DNA from: Ranitomeya imitator
Taxonomy: Eukaryota
Assembly: GCF_032444005.1 (NCBI RefSeq)
Contig: NC_091289.1
Coordinates: forward strand, 116,064,001-116,128,000
Direction of reading: 5' to 3'
DNA length: 64,000 bases
In this document: positions 25,110 to 39,016 of the stretch, piece by piece
How the letters are laid out: every line of letters starts with the position of its first letter
Position numbering within the stretch: position 1 is the stretch's first letter
Program-made: the position numbers and the translations under genes
The notes under the pieces: generated by a model
Database searches by the model: none
The model's input: only the letters and a program-made list of their open reading frames with translations
What the model was told of the DNA's origin: nothing

Positions 25110-27504
25110 CCCCAATTTCAAGTGTGAAAAACTTGTTGCATCATTCCTAAGAAGACTCATGGCTGTACTAGCTCAAAAGGGTGCTTCTACTCAATACTGA
25201 GCAAAGGGTCTGAATACTCATGACCATGTGATATTTCAGCTTTTCTTTTATAACCCCTTTCTAACATTTGATGTATTATTCCTTCCATGTGACCCGGGCC
25301 CTAATTCCCATGGACGGAATAGTACGTCAAATGCGATCAGGGGGAGTGTGGCCGTTCACGTCCAGGTGTCAGCTAATTATCAGAGCTGACACCCATTACT
25401 ATGTGCCAGGAGCAGTCACGGACCGCTCCCGGCACTTTAACTCCTGGAACACTGCGATCAAACAAGATCGCAGCATTTCAGTGGCATAGAGTAGAATCGC
25501 GCAGGGAGGGGGCTCCCTGTGTGCTTATCTGAGACCCTCAGAACAACGCAATGTGATCGCGCTGTTTCGAGGGTCTCCTCCCTTCAGGCCCCCGGATTTA
25601 ATATGGCTATGGGGTCTTTCCGGGTCCTGCAGGGAGATGGCTTCTCAGTGCTTGCTGAGAGAGCAGGCGCCGGCAAGCCTCATTCACTGCCTGTCAGATC
25701 GCTGATCTGACACAGTGCTGTGCAAAGTGTCAGATCAGTGATCTAACCTTATACAGTGATGTTTCATCCTGGGACAATGTAAAAAAGTTTTAAAAAAATA
25801 TACTGTGTAAAAATATATTTGTTAAAATTCCTAAATAAAAAATATGTATATATATTGTTGCAATAAATACATTTCTGTATGTAAATATAAAAACATAATA
25901 AAAGTACACATATTTAGTATGAGTGTTGGGGTTGGGATTAAGGTTAGGGATGTGTTTGGGTTAGGGGTGTGGCTAGGGTTATGGTTAGGGTTGGGATTAG
26001 GGTTTGTGGTGTGTTGGGATTAGGGGTGTGTTGAGTTTAGGGGTGTGGTTAGGGTTATGATTAGGGTTAGGGGTGTGGTTAGGGTTGGGATTGGAGTTAG
26101 AATTGGGGGGTTTCCACTGTTTAGGCACATCAGGGGCTCTGCAATCGCAATTCCAGCCAATTCTGCATTGAAAAAGTAAAACGCTGCTCCTTCCCTTCCG
26201 AGCTCTGCCATGCGCCCAAACAGTTGTTAACCCCCACATATGGGGTAACAGTGTACTCAGGACAAAATGCACAACAATATTTGGAGTCCAATTTCTCCTA
26301 TTATCCTTGGGAAAATAAAAAATGGGGGGCCAAAAAAATCATTTTTGCAAAAAAATATGCTTTTTTATTTTCACAGCTCTATATTATAAACTTCTGTGAA
26401 GCACTTGGGGTTCAAAGTGCTCACTGCACATCGAGATAAGTTCCATAGGGGGTCTACATTCCAAAATGGTGTCATTTGTTGGGGGTTTCCACTGTTTAGG
26501 CACATCAGGGGCTCTCCAAATGCAACATGGTGTCCTATCTCAATTCCAGCCAATTTTGCATCGAAAAGTCAAATGGTGCTCCTTCCCTTCCGAGCTCTGT
26601 CATGTGCCCAAACAGTGTTTCACCCCCACATAGGGGGCATTGGCGTACTCAGGACAAATTTTACAACAAATTTTGGGGTCCAATTTCTCATTTTACGTTT
26701 GGTAAAATAAAACAAATTGGATCTGAAGTAATTTTTTTGTGAAAAAAGTTAAATGTTCATTTTTTTTAAACATTCAAAAAATTCATGTAAAGCACCTGAA
26801 GGGTTAATAAACTTCTTAAATATGGTTTTGAGCACCTTGGGGGGGGGGGGGTGCAGTTTTTAGAATGGTGTCACTTTGGATATTTTCTATTATATGGACC
26901 CCTCAAAATGATTTCAAATGTGATGTGGTCCCTAAAAAATGGTGTTTTAAAAGTGAGAAATCGCTGGTCAATTTTAACCCATATAACTTCCTAACAAAAA
27001 AATGTTGGTTCCAAAATTGTGCTGATGTAAGGTAGACGTGTGGAAAATGTTGCTTATTAGGTATTTTATGTAACATAGGGGCGGAAAATTCAAATTTGGA
27101 AAATTGCGAAATTTTCAAAATTTTTGCCAAATTTCTGGTTTTTTTCACAAATAAACGCAGGTGATATCAAATAAATTTTACCACCATCATGAAGAACAAT
27201 ATATCTTGATAAAACAATGTCATAATAACTGGGATCCGTTGAAGCGTTCCAGAGTTGTAACCTCATAAAGGGACAGTGGTCAAAGTTGTAAAAATTGGCT
27301 CGGTCATTAACGTACAAACCACCCTCGGGGGTAAAGGGGGGAATAAATTGGCAAAAATTACTATATTTCTGTTTTTTCAGTCAATATATGGTGCAGAGTG
27401 TACATTGATGAGAAAAAAATGAACTATTTTGAATTTACCAAAAGACTGCAATGAAACAAAGAGTGAAAAACTTAAATGGGTCTGGACATTTTCCGTAGCA
27501 ACTG
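25110..27504 (+). mobile_element. Tc1-like 3' remnant in two pieces (about 25110-25253 and 27341-27504), split by a TTAA element
   Basis: Transposase C-terminus KLVASFLRRLMAVLAQKGASTQY*, then a T-rich tail that resumes at 27341 and ends ...caactg|TA beside a (TA)13 run. Confidence 0.7.
25254..27340 (+). mobile_element. Non-autonomous TTAA/CCC (piggyBac-like) element, about 2.1 kb, with telomere-like repeats
   Basis: Ends ataa|cccctt and aagggggg|aa; no coding capacity; homologous to 27552-32420, 32453-35066 and 39017-41525. Confidence 0.7.
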
Positions 27505-29009
27505 TATATATATATATATATATATATATAAACAGCTCTGGCAAAAATTAACCCATTGACCCCTAAATCCCATATGACGTACTATCCCGTCAAGGTGACC
27601 TGGGACTTAATTCCCAGTGATGGCATAGTAAGTGATATGCGATCGGTCGCGCTCACGGGAGCATCGCGGCCAGGTGTCAGCTGACTATCGCAGCTGACAT
27701 CCGGCACTATGTGCCAGGAGCGGTCACGGACCGCTCCCAGTACATTAACTCCTGGCACACTGCGATCAAACATGATCGCAGTGTGCCGGCGGTACAGGGA
27801 AGCATTGCGCAGGAAGGGGGCTCCCTGCATGCTTCCCTGAGACCCCCGGAGCTACGCGATGTGATTGCGTTGCTGTGAGGGTCTCTTACCTCTCCTCCCT
27901 GAAGCAGGCCTGGATCCAAAATGGCCGTGGCATCCGGGTCCTGCAGGGAGGGAGGTGGCTTACCAAGTGCCTGCTCAGAGCAGGCGTTTTGTAAGCCTGC
28001 AGTGCTGTAAGTCAGATCGCTGATCTGACAGAGTGCTGTGCAAACTGTCAGATCAGCGATCTGTGATATCCCCCCCAGGACAAAGTAAAAAAGTAAAGAA
28101 AAAAATTTCCACGTGTAAAAAAAAAAAAATCCTAAATAAAGAAAAAAAAATATATTATTCCCATAAATATATTTCTTTATCTAAATAAAAAAAAACAACA
28201 ATAAAAGTACACATATTTAGTATCGCCGCGTCCGAAACGACCCAATCTATAAAACTGTCCCAGTAGTTAACCCCTTCAGTAAACACCATAAGAAAAAAAA
28301 AAACGAGGATAAAAACAACGCTTTATTATCATACCGCCGAACAAAAAGTGGAATAACACGCAATCAAAAAGACAGTTATAAATAACTATGGCATTGCTGA
28401 AAACGTCATCTTGTCCCGCAAAAAACGAGCTGCAATACATCATCATCAGCAAAAAAATAAAAAAGTTATAGTCCTGAGAATAAAGCGATGCCAAAATAAT
28501 TATTTTTTCTATAAAATAGTTTTTATCGTATAAAAGCGCCAAAACATAAAAAAATGATATAAATGAGATATCGCTGTAATCGAACTGACCCGAAGAATAA
28601 AACTGCTTTATCCATTTTACCAAATGCGGAACGGTATAAACGCCTCCCCCTAAAGAAATTCATGAATAGCTGATTTTTGGTCATTCTGCCTCACAAAAAT
28701 CAGAATAAAAAGCGATCAAAAACTGTCACATGTCAGAAAATGTTACCAATAAAAACGTCAACTCGTCCCGCAAAAAACAAGACCTCACATGACTCTGTGG
28801 ACCAAAATATGGAAAAATTATAGGTCTCAAAATGTGGAGACGCAAAAACTTTTTTTGCTATAAAAAGCGTCTTTTAGTGTGTGACAGCTGCCAATCATAA
28901 AAATCTGCTATAAAAAATGCTATAAAAGTAAATCAAACCCCTTTCATCACCCCCTTAGTTAGGGAAAAATAACAAAATAAAAAAAAAAATGTATTTATTT
29001 CCATTTTCC

Positions 29010-29345
29010 CGTTAGGGTTAGGGATAGGGTTGGGGCTAGTTTTGGAGCTAAAGTCAGGGTTAGGGTTGGGGCTAAAGTTAGGGTTAGGGTTGGGGCTAAA
29101 GTTAGGGTTAGGGTTGGGGCTAAAGTTAGGGTTAGGGTTGGAGCCAAAGTTAGGGTTAGGGTTGAGGCTAAAGTTAGGGTTAGGGTTGGGGCTAAAGTTA
29201 CGGTTAGGGTTGGGGCTAAAGTTAGGGTTTGGATTACATTTACGGTTGGGATTAGGGTTTGGATTAGAGTTAGGGGTGTGTCAGGGTTAGGGGTGTGGTT
29301 AGGGTTACTGTTGGGATTAGGGTTAGGGGTATGTTTGGATTAGGG
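29010..29345 (+). repeat. Interstitial telomere-like array: (TTAGGG)-containing 24-bp unit ggggctaaagttagggttagggtt. Related arrays at 25925-26100 (+) and 34110-34280 (-)
   Basis: Seen directly; the source of the GLGLKL ORF at 29030. Confidence 0.9.
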
Positions 29346-29630
29346 TTTCAGTTACAATTGGGGGTTACTACTGTTTAGGCACATCAGGGGCTCTCCAAAC
29401 GCGACATGGTGTCTGATCTTAATTCCAGCCAATTCTGCGTTGAAAAAGTAAAACATTGCTCCTTCCCTTCCGAGCTCTCCCATGCGCCCAAACCGGGGTT
29501 TACCCCAACATATGGGGTATCAGCGTACTCGGGACAAATTGGACAACAACTTTTGTTTGGAAAATAAAAATTTGGGGGGCTAAAAATCATTTTTGTGGGA
29601 AAAAAATAATTTTTATTTTCATGGCTCTGC

Positions 29631-30393
29631 TGTTGTGAATTCTGCTCTTGGGCTCCCTCCGGTGGTTATAAGGGGTAGTGCTGCTGTCTTTGGATCGCAG
29701 CATTTATCAGGTGTGTCCACTTAATTGCAATTTGAACTGGGCTATTTAGTCTTGCTTGATCCTATAGTCAGTGCCAGTTGTCCATTGTTTTTGGAGGATT
29801 CACATCCATACCTGGTCTCTCCTGTTTGCTGTTCATTTCATCAAAGATAAGTTCTGGCTTGGTTTTTGCTGTCCACATGCTGTGGACCTTATAGTTCAGT
29901 GCATTTTCATGTTTTGTCTTGGCCAGCGTTGGCTGTGAAGGAATTTTTGCAGCCTAGCTGTGTCTCTGGAGATGCAGATATACCCTCCATGTCTTTAGTC
30001 AGATGTGGAGATTTGTATTTTCTGTGGTGGATATTTTCTAGTGTTTTAATACTGACCGCATAGTACTCTGTCCTATTCTTTCTTTTTAGCTAGATTGGCC
30101 TCCTTTGCTAAATCCTGATTTCAGTCTGCGTATGTCATTTCCCTCTCCTCTCACAGTCAATATTTGTGGGGGGCTGTCTATCCTTTGGGGATTTTATCTG
30201 AGGCTAGATAGTTTTCCCGTTTCTATCTTTAGGGGAAGTTAGTCCTTAGGCTGTGTCGAGGTGTCTAGGGAGTGTTAGGTACATCCCACGGCTACTTCTA
30301 GTTGCGGTGCTAAGTTCAGGGTCTGCGGTCAGTACAGGTACCACCTTCTCCAGTGTACTTCTCATGCTGCTCCTAGGCCACCAGATCATAACA
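29631..30393 (+). mobile_element. Solo LTR, 763 bp
   Basis: TG...CA ends (tgttgtgaatt ... tcataaca) flanked by duplicated CTCTGC; it interrupts the host motif catggctctgcgttataa. Confidence 0.88.
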
Positions 30394-32452
30394 CTCTGCG
30401 CTATAAATTGTAGTGAAAGACTTGGGGGTTCAAAGTTCTCACAACACATCTAGATAAGTTCCTTTGGAGGTCTAATTTCCAATATGGGGTCACTTGTGGG
30501 GGGTTTCTACGGTTTGGGTACATCAGGGGCTCTGCAAATGCAACGTGACGCCTGCAGACCAATCCATCTAAGTCTGCATTCCAAATGGCGCTACTTCCCT
30601 TCTGAGCTCTGCCATGCGCCCAAACAGTGGTTGCCCCCCACATATGGGGTATCAGCGTACTCAGGACAAATTGCATAACAACTTTTGGGGTCAATTTATC
30701 CTGTTACCCTTGTTAAAATACAAAACTGGGGGCTAAAACATCATTTTTGTGGAAAAAAAAGAATTTTTATTTTCACGGCTCTGCTTTATAAACTGTAGTG
30801 AAACACTTGGGGTTCAAAGTTCTCACAACACATCTAGATAAGTTCCTTGGGAGGTCTGGTTTCCAATATGGGGTCACTTGTGGGGGGTTTCTACGGTTTG
30901 GGTACATCAGGGGCTCTGCAAATGCAACGTGACGCCTGCAGACCAATCCATCTAAGTCTGCATTCCAAATGACGATCCTTCCCTTCTGAGCTCTGCCATG
31001 AGCCCAAACAGTGGTTGCCCCCCACATATGGGAAATCAGCGTACTCAGGACAAATTGTACAACAACTTTTAGGGTCCAATTTATCCTGTTACCCTTGTTA
31101 AAATACAAAACTGGGGGCTAAAAAATCATTTTTGTGAAAAAAAAAATATTTTCATGGCTCTGCGTTATAAACTGTAGTGAAACACTTGAGAGTTTAAAGT
31201 TCTCACAACACGTCTATATAAGTTCCTTGGGAGGTCTAATTTCCAATATAGGGTCACTTGTGGGGTGTTTCTACTGTTTGGGTACATCAAGGGCTCTACA
31301 AATGAAACGTGACGCCTGCAGACCAATCCATCTAAGTCTGCATTCCAAATGGCGCTCCTTCCCTTCTGAGCTCTGCCATGCGCCCAAACAGTGGTTCCCC
31401 CCACATATGGGGTATCAGCGTACTCAGAACAAATTGTACAACAACTTTTAGGGTCCAATTTATCCTATTACACTTGTGAAAATACAAAACTGGGAGCTAA
31501 AAAAATCTTTTTTGTGAAAAAAAAAAGAATTTTTATTTTCACGGCTCTGCGTTATAAACTGTAGTGAAACACTTGGGGGTTCAAAGCTCTCAAAACACAT
31601 CTAGATAAGTTCCTTAGGGGGTCTACTTTCCAAAATGGTGTCACTTGTGGGGGGGGTTAAAAAATATGAGTGGATTTTCATGGGCTCATCCAGAATGTGG
31701 GTTCAAAAGCATAATGGGGTGCATATGACTGACTATGCAGCAGCGCTGGTCTTGCTGCCAATGTGTAAAACAAAGGAGTACGGAGTACAAAATGCATATT
31801 GTGAAGTGGATTTTCATGGGCCCATCTAGTATGTGGGTTCCAAAGCGTAATGGGGTGCATATGACTGACTATGCAGCAGGGCTGGCCTTGCTGCTAATGT
31901 GTAAAACAAAGGCGTACGAAGTATAAAATGCATATTGTGAAGTGGATTTTCCTGGGCCCATCCAGTATGTGGGTTCAAAGGCTTATTGGGGGCATATGAA
32001 TTGGTAGCAGGGCAGGCCTTGAATTCAATGCAACACCTTTTCAGGAGTCCCCCCTGGACATCTTATGAAAGGGGTATTGTGGTGCGTAGTAATTCTTGGC
32101 ATCCCATCCACTCACAGCATAGGCTACAACAGCTTAGGAGACCCGATGTTTAATAATGTCCCTTTAAGAAGATTAATGCCACCTGATGCACCAGTAAAAT
32201 AGGCTCTGTGACTTTAAGAGTTCCTCTTCATAAATAAAGCAAGATGGGTCTGCTTATGTGTCACACACCACATGGCCAGCTAGGGTTGTTAAATGTTACA
32301 ATGACATTTCCCAATGAATGCATTTGTAGTGGTTGAAAGCAATGTTAAAGTTGAAAAATACTTTAAAAATGCTGCGTCTGTAACTAAGCCTAACTGGGGG
32401 AGGAAATTTTCAGTCAGGGGTTAAATATTTGGCCTTAAAGGCAAGAAATTAA

Positions 32453-35066
32453 CCCCTTAACCCCTAAAGGTGGTTTGCACGTTAATGACCGGGCCAATTT
32501 TTACAATTCTGATCACTGTCCTTTTATGAGGTTTTAACTCTGGAACGCTTCAATGGATCCTGATGATTCTGACATTATTGTTTTCTAGAGACATATGGTA
32601 CTTCATGATAGTGGCAACATTTCTTTGATATTACCTTTTATTACCGTTTATTTGTGAAAAAAACGGAAGTTTGGCAAAAATGTTGAAAATTTCTCAATTT
32701 GAATTTTTATGCCCTTAAATTACAGAGATACATCACACAATATACTTAATACGTAACATTTCCCACATGTCTACTTTACATCAGCACAATTTTGAAACCA
32801 ACTTTTTTTTGTTAGGGAGTTATAAGGGTTAAAAGTTGACCAGGAATTTCTCATTTTTACTACATTTTTTTAGGGACTACATCACATTTGAAGCAACTTT
32901 GAGGGGTCTATATGATAGAAAATACCAAAGTGTGGCAACATTCTAAATACTGCACCCCTCAAGGTGCTCACAACCACATTCAAGAAGTTTATTATCCCTT
33001 CAGGTGTTTCACAGAAATTTTTGGAATATTTAAAAAAATGAACTTTTAACCTATTTTCACAAAAAATTTATTTCAGCTCCAATTTGTTTTATTTTACCAA
33101 GAGTAACAGGAGAAATTGGATGCCAAATGTTGTTGTACAATTTGTCCTGAGTACGCTGATATCCTATATGTGGGGGTAAACCATTGTTTGGGTGCATGGC
33201 AGAGCTCGGAAGGGAAGGAGCGCCGTTTGACTTTTCAATGCAAAATTGACTGGAATTGAGATAGGACACCATGTCGTGTTTGTAGAGCCCCTGATGTGCC
33301 TAAACATTGAAATCCCCAACCAGTGACATCATTTTGGAAAGTAGACCCCCTAAGGAACTTATCTAGACATGTAGTGAGCACTTTGACCCACCAAGTGCTT
33401 CACAGAAGTTTATAATGTACAGCAGTAAAAATAAAATATCATATTTTTTCACAAAAATGTTTTTTCAGCCCCAATTTTTTATTTTCCCAAGGGAAACAGA
33501 AGAAATTGGACCCCAGAAGTTGTGCAATTTATCTTGAGTATGCTGATATCCCATATGTGGGGATAAACCACTGTTTGGGCGCATGACAGAGCTCGGAAGG
33601 GAAAGAGCGCCATTTGACTTTTCAATGCAAAATTGACTGGAATTGAGATGGGAAGCCATGTCGCGTTTTGAGAGCCCCTGATGTGCCTAAACAGGGAAAA
33701 CCCCCACAAGTGACACCATTTTGTAAACTAGATTCCCTAAGGAACTTATCTAGATGTGTTGTGAGAACTTTGAACCCCCAAGTGGTTCACTACTGTTTAT
33801 AATGCAGAGCCGTGAAAATAAAAAATCATTTTTTCCCCCAAAAATAATTTTTTAGCCCCAATTTTTTTATTTTCCCAAGAGTACCAAGAGAAATTGGACC
33901 CCAAAAGTTGTTGTCCAATTTGTCCTGAGTATGCTGATGCCCCATAAGTTGGGGGAAAACCCCTGGTTGGGCGCACGGGAGAGCTCGGAAGGGAAGGAGC
34001 ACTGTTTTACCTTTTCAACGCAGAATTGGCTGGAATTGCGATGGGACGCCATGTCGCATTTGGAGAGCCCCTGATGTGCATAAACAGTGGAAACCCCTCA
34101 ATTCTAACTCCAACCCTAACCCGAACATACCCCTTCCCCTCATTTCAACCCTAACCACACTCCTAACCCCAATATTCCCTTAACCCTAATCCCAACCCTA
34201 ACTATAGCCCCAACCCTAACTGTAGCCTTAACCCTAACTTTAGCCCCAACTCTAACTGTAACCCTAACCCTAACTTTAGCCCCAACCCTAACCCTAACGG
34301 GAAAATGGAAATAAATACATTTTTTAATTTTATTATATTTCCCTAACTAAGGGGATGATGAAAGGGGGTTTGATTTAGTATTCATAGCGTTTTTTAGTGG
34401 ATTTTTATGATTGGCAGCTGTCACAAACTAAAAGACGCTTTTTATTGCAAAAAGTTTTTGCGTCTCTACATTTTAAGAGCTATAATTTTTTTATATTTTG
34501 GTCCACAGAGCCATGTGAGGTCTTGTTTTTTGCGGGACGAGTTGATGTTTGTATTGGTACCATTTCCGGGCACGTGACTTTTTTGATTTTTTTCTATTCC
34601 GATTTTTGTTAAGCAGAATGATCAAAAACTATACTGTTCCATGTTTGGTAAAATTGATAAAGCAGTTTTATTCTTCGGGTTAGTACGATTATAGAGATAC
34701 CTCATTTATATGATAAAAACTATTTAAAAAAATAATAAAATAATAATAATAATATAATAATAAAAAATAATTATTTTTGCATCGCTTTATTCTGACTATA
34801 ACTTTTTTATTTTTTCGCTGTTGCTGTATGGCAGCTCGTTTTTTGCGGGACAAGATGAGGTTTTCAGCGGTACCATGTTTATTTATATCTGTCTTTTTGA
34901 TTGTGTGTTATTCCACTTTTTGTTCGGCATTATGATGATAAAGCGTTGTTTTTTGCCTTGGTTTTTTTACGGTGTTCACTGAAGGGATTAACTAATGGGA
35001 CAGTTTTATAGGTCGGGTCGTTACAGATGCGGCAATACTAAATATGTATACTTTTATTGTTTTTTT
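32453..35066 (-). mobile_element. Non-autonomous TTAA/CCC element in reverse orientation, truncated at the Gypsy junction
   Basis: TTAA|cccctt start is the reverse complement of the 27340 end; 34985-35055 is the reverse complement of about 28205-28275. Confidence 0.75.
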
Positions 35067-38000
35067 ATGTCTTCTGCCTGCGCCCAACGTCACACAATAC
35101 ACCTGGCTATGCTAGCTCAACCAGTAACGGTACGAGTGGTGAATGGGTCGACTCTGCCCTCACAGATAACACACCAGACCATCCCTTTTACTCTGTCCAT
35201 GTCGCCATCTCATCAGGAGATTATATCTCTGCTCGTCATTCCTGAGGGAATTGATGAGATCATGTTGGGGATACCTTGGCTACGGTACCACTCTCCTCAT
35301 ATCGAGTGGTCCTCAGGCAGAATTCTGGAATGGGGTGAATCTTGTGGGGGTAGGTGTCAGAGGGAGTGCTTTCAGGTTGCTACTACAGAGGTACCCGCAG
35401 ATCTATCCTCTTTCCCCAAGCAATATTGGTCCTATGCGGATGTGTTCTCCAAAAAGGCGGCGGAGACCCTTCCGCCCCATCACCCTTATGACTGTCCTAT
35501 TGATCTCTTGCCTGGTGCTGAGCCTCCCCGGGGTCGAGTCTATCTGTTATCTCTCCCGGAGACGAAGGCAATGTCTCAGTACATTCAAGAGAATTTGGCA
35601 AGAGGGTTCATCAGGAAGTCAGTGTCACCTGCTGGGGCAGGGTTCTTTTTCATGCAGAAGAAGAATGGGGAACTACGTCCATGCATAGATTATAGGGGTC
35701 TTAACGCCATCACCGTTAAGAATAAGTATCCTTTACCCCTGATATCTGAGCTTTTTGATAGGCTTCAGGGAGCAAGGGTATTTACTAAATTAGATCTGCG
35801 GGGTGCTTACAACCTTATTCGCATCCGTGAGGGGGATGAATGGAAGACGGCTTTTAACACCAGGGATGGGCACTATGAATATCTGGTGATGCCCTTCGGG
35901 CTCTGTAATGCCCCAGCCATTTTCCAAGACTTTGTGAACGACATCTTCCGGGATATGCTCTCCACCTCGGTCGTAGTCTATCTGGATGATATTATCATCT
36001 AATCTCCAGATATTGACTCCCACCGGAGAGATGTTTGCAAAGTCTTCGACCTCCTACGGGCAAACTCCCTCTATGCCAAGTTGGAGAAGTGTGTGTTTGA
36101 GCAGGAGTCCTTACCTTTCCTGGGCTATATTATCTCCGCCCAGGGATTGGCTATGGATCCTGCCAAACTCCAAACTGTGATGGACTGGCAGGAACCCCAT
36201 TCTCTTAAAGCGGTGCAGCGCTTTATGGGGTCCATTAACTACTATCGCCAGTTCATTCCACACTTCTCAACTTTGGTAGCTGCCTTGGTTGCCCTCACCA
36301 AGAAGGGAGCAAATCACAAATTGTGGTCTGAGGAGGTCTCCAAGGCCCTTAACTCCATTAAGTCACATTTCGCTAGCGCTCCCATCCTACATCACCCCGA
36401 TGTAGATAAGCCATTTATAATGGAGGTGGATGCCTCATCTGTTGGTGCTGGAGCAGTCCTTTTCCAAAAGGATGCTCAAGGTCGGAAGCATCCTTGCTTC
36501 TTCTTCTCTAAGACCTTCACACCAGCAGAGAGGAATTATTCAATCGGGGACAGGGAGTTGCTAGCTTTGAAGTTGGCTTTCTCAGAGTGGAGACATCTCT
36601 TGGAGGGATCTCGTTTTCCCTTCCAAGTCTTCACAGATCACAAAAATTTGGTATACCTGCAGACAGCCCAGCGGTTAAATTCTCACCAGGCCAGATGGTC
36701 CTTGTTCTTCTCCGGCTTTCATTTTACCCTCCATTTTCTTTCTGGGGAAAAGAACATTCATGCCGACGCTCTCTCTCGCTCCGTTGTACCATCTGTGGAG
36801 GAGGAAGAGGAGCCTCGGCTTATTGTCCCCATCGAGAGCCTGAGAACTGTGGCCATGGTTTCGCTAGAGTCTGTGCCTCCATGCAAGACTTTTGTACCAT
36901 CCAGTTTGCGACTGGAGGTTCTCTCTTGGGCTCACTCGTCCAGGGTGGGTGGGTGGATTTTGGTTCCAAAAGGACATCTGAGTTACTGGCGAGGATATAC
37001 TGGTGGCCATGTAAGGCTTGTGATGTCGCAGACTATGATCGGGTGTGTGCCTCTTGCGCCAAGAACAAGTCTCCTCGGCAACGGCCAGCTGGGTTGCTTT
37101 ACCCCCTGCCGGTGGCGTACAGGCCCTGGGAGATGGTCGGGATGGACTTTGGCTCGTAGCTGCACCATAATCTGGGTGATCACCGACCATTTTTCCAAAA
37201 TGGTTCATTTGGTGTCTCTTCCACGGCTACCTTCTGCACGGGCTCTGGCAGCGTTGTTCATCAAGCATATCTTTTGCTTACACGGTATGCCGGACAAGAT
37301 TGTCAGTGACCGGGTTCCCCAGTTTGCGTCTCGATTCTGGAGAGAGCTATGTCGTCTACTCAGTATTGATTTGAATCTCTCCTCGGCTTATCATCCCGAG
37401 ACGAATGGGTTGGTTGAGAGGGCCAATCAAACTCTGGTCACATATTTACAACATTTTGTCTCTGCAAGGCAGGATGACTGGGCATCCTTGTTACCGTGGA
37501 CAGAGTTTGCCCTTAACAACGCTGTAGCCGACTCCACCGCTCAAACTCCTTTCCTCCTTAATTACGGCCAGCATCCGTGGGTTCCTGTGCCTATGCCCGT
37601 GTCCTCTGCTTACTCCAGGGTGGCAGACTGGGCAGTGTAGGTACAAGACATTTGGGACCGCACTCAGGATGCCATCCGGGCCTCCAAGGAGAGAATGAGG
37701 TCCTCCGCCGATGCACGTCGGCACCCTGCCCTGACCTTTGCTCCTGGCGACTTAGTGTGGCTCTCTGCTCGTAACATCAGGCTGCGTGTTGAGTCCACTA
37801 AGTTTGCACCTCGCTACTTGGGTCCCTTCAAGGTCCTCGAACAGGTTAATCCTGTGGTCTACCGTCTAGCCCTTCCTCCACGCCTAGGTATCACCGACAC
37901 CTTTCATGTGTCCCTCCTTAAGCCCGTATACATGTCCAAGTTTTCTGAGTCATCTGCTGGGACATCGGCTTCGTCTACGCACGATTATGAGGTGAAAGCT

Positions 38001-39016
38001 ATTTTGGGGTGCAAGGTGGTACGTGGCAAAAACTTTTATTTGGTGGACTGGAGTGGTTACGGTCTTGTGGATAGGTCCAGGGAGCCTGCTGAGCACATTC
38101 GGGCTCCGCAGCTCATTGCTGCCTTCGAACGTATCAAAGCCCAAGGAGGGGGGGAATTTTAGGGGTCGAGTTCCCGCCTCTGCACAGGGGAAATCTCGGG
38201 CCATCTCTGCTGCGGTCTCCCATTCTTCTCCTGTCGCAGTGGAGCCTGCTCAGCAGAGACGTCAGTCCCAAAGTCTCGCTCAGTCTGACTCTGTACAAAG
38301 CAAAGAGTTACTGCTGCTTTTCCTGCTTCTGCCATTGAAGTCAGTGCTGGGCAACGGCGAGCAGATGCTTCTGGGACTAAGTCCTGCTTTTCTCGTTCTG
38401 AGCTTGCCCAGAGTAAGATCTCTCAGTGGAGATCGAGTGTCACATGTTCACATACTGCAGCTAAAGCTATTGGTCCTTCAGGAAGGTCCTGTAGGTGCTC
38501 AGGCTCTGTGGCAGCCTCTCTTTGGTCCTTCTAGGAAGGTCCTGTATGTGCTGCAACTATTTAAGGCTCGCATGGCCGCACGGCCATGCGTTAGTATCTT
38601 TCTATGTTATGTACTTTGCGCCAGTGTGGTCATGTAAGTTTGTGTTCAGGGATCTGGCTGAAATAAGCCCCTAGAATGCTGGCACCTCCGGCGAGGAGAT
38701 TGTGTGTGTATGTATTCAGGGACCTGGCTGAAATAAGACCCTAGAATGCTTGCACCTCCGGTGAGGAGTTTTGTGTGCATGCATGACCACTGACTGCTCT
38801 CAGTTGGGTAGTTAGCCTGTGCCTCTGTGAAGTTTAACAGGGCGCAGTGCTTTGCTTTTGCGGCTACTCTGTGAAATAACAGAGTTAGTTCATACCGCCA
38901 TATAGTTCCGCCGTTTGCTAGCAGCAGGTTCTCCTGCACGGTGGACCCCGGGTTGCGAACGCATCAATTTCAATAAAACATCTATATTTACTCGTTGCGT
39001 TCTGTTAGCCCTAACA
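35067..39016 (+). mobile_element. 5'-truncated Ty3/Gypsy chromovirus (Sushi-like): pol (RT, RNase H, integrase, chromodomain), PPT and 3' LTR
   Basis: RT motifs [37 protein letters not shown]; RNase H DAS...NYSIGDRELLA...TDHKNL; integrase GMDF/VSDR/NGLVER; GPF motif; chromodomain YEVKAIL...YLVDW.GY. PPT at 38143-38156. Nonsense codons at 36000 and 37638 and frameshifts near 36955 and 37150. Confidence 0.95.
38157..39016 (+). repeat. 3' LTR of the Gypsy element, 860 bp (5' TG mutated to TT), with a 70-bp internal tandem duplication near 38647/38717
   Basis: Follows the purine tract, ends ccctaaca; its 5' part is homologous to the solo LTR at 40419. Confidence 0.85.

Larger units (their letters stand above)
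27552..32420 (+). mobile_element. Non-autonomous TTAA/CCC element (4.9 kb) with a telomere-like array, about 380-bp internal tandem units and a solo LTR
   Basis: TTAA|ccc at 27548-27554 and gggg|TTAA at 32417-32424; internal units start near 30403, 30789, 31167 and 31555. Confidence 0.7.

Noticed and set aside
29030-29290. GLGLKL-repeat ORF (and PNPNH ORFs near 25997-26272)
   Set aside because: Translations of the telomere-like arrays.
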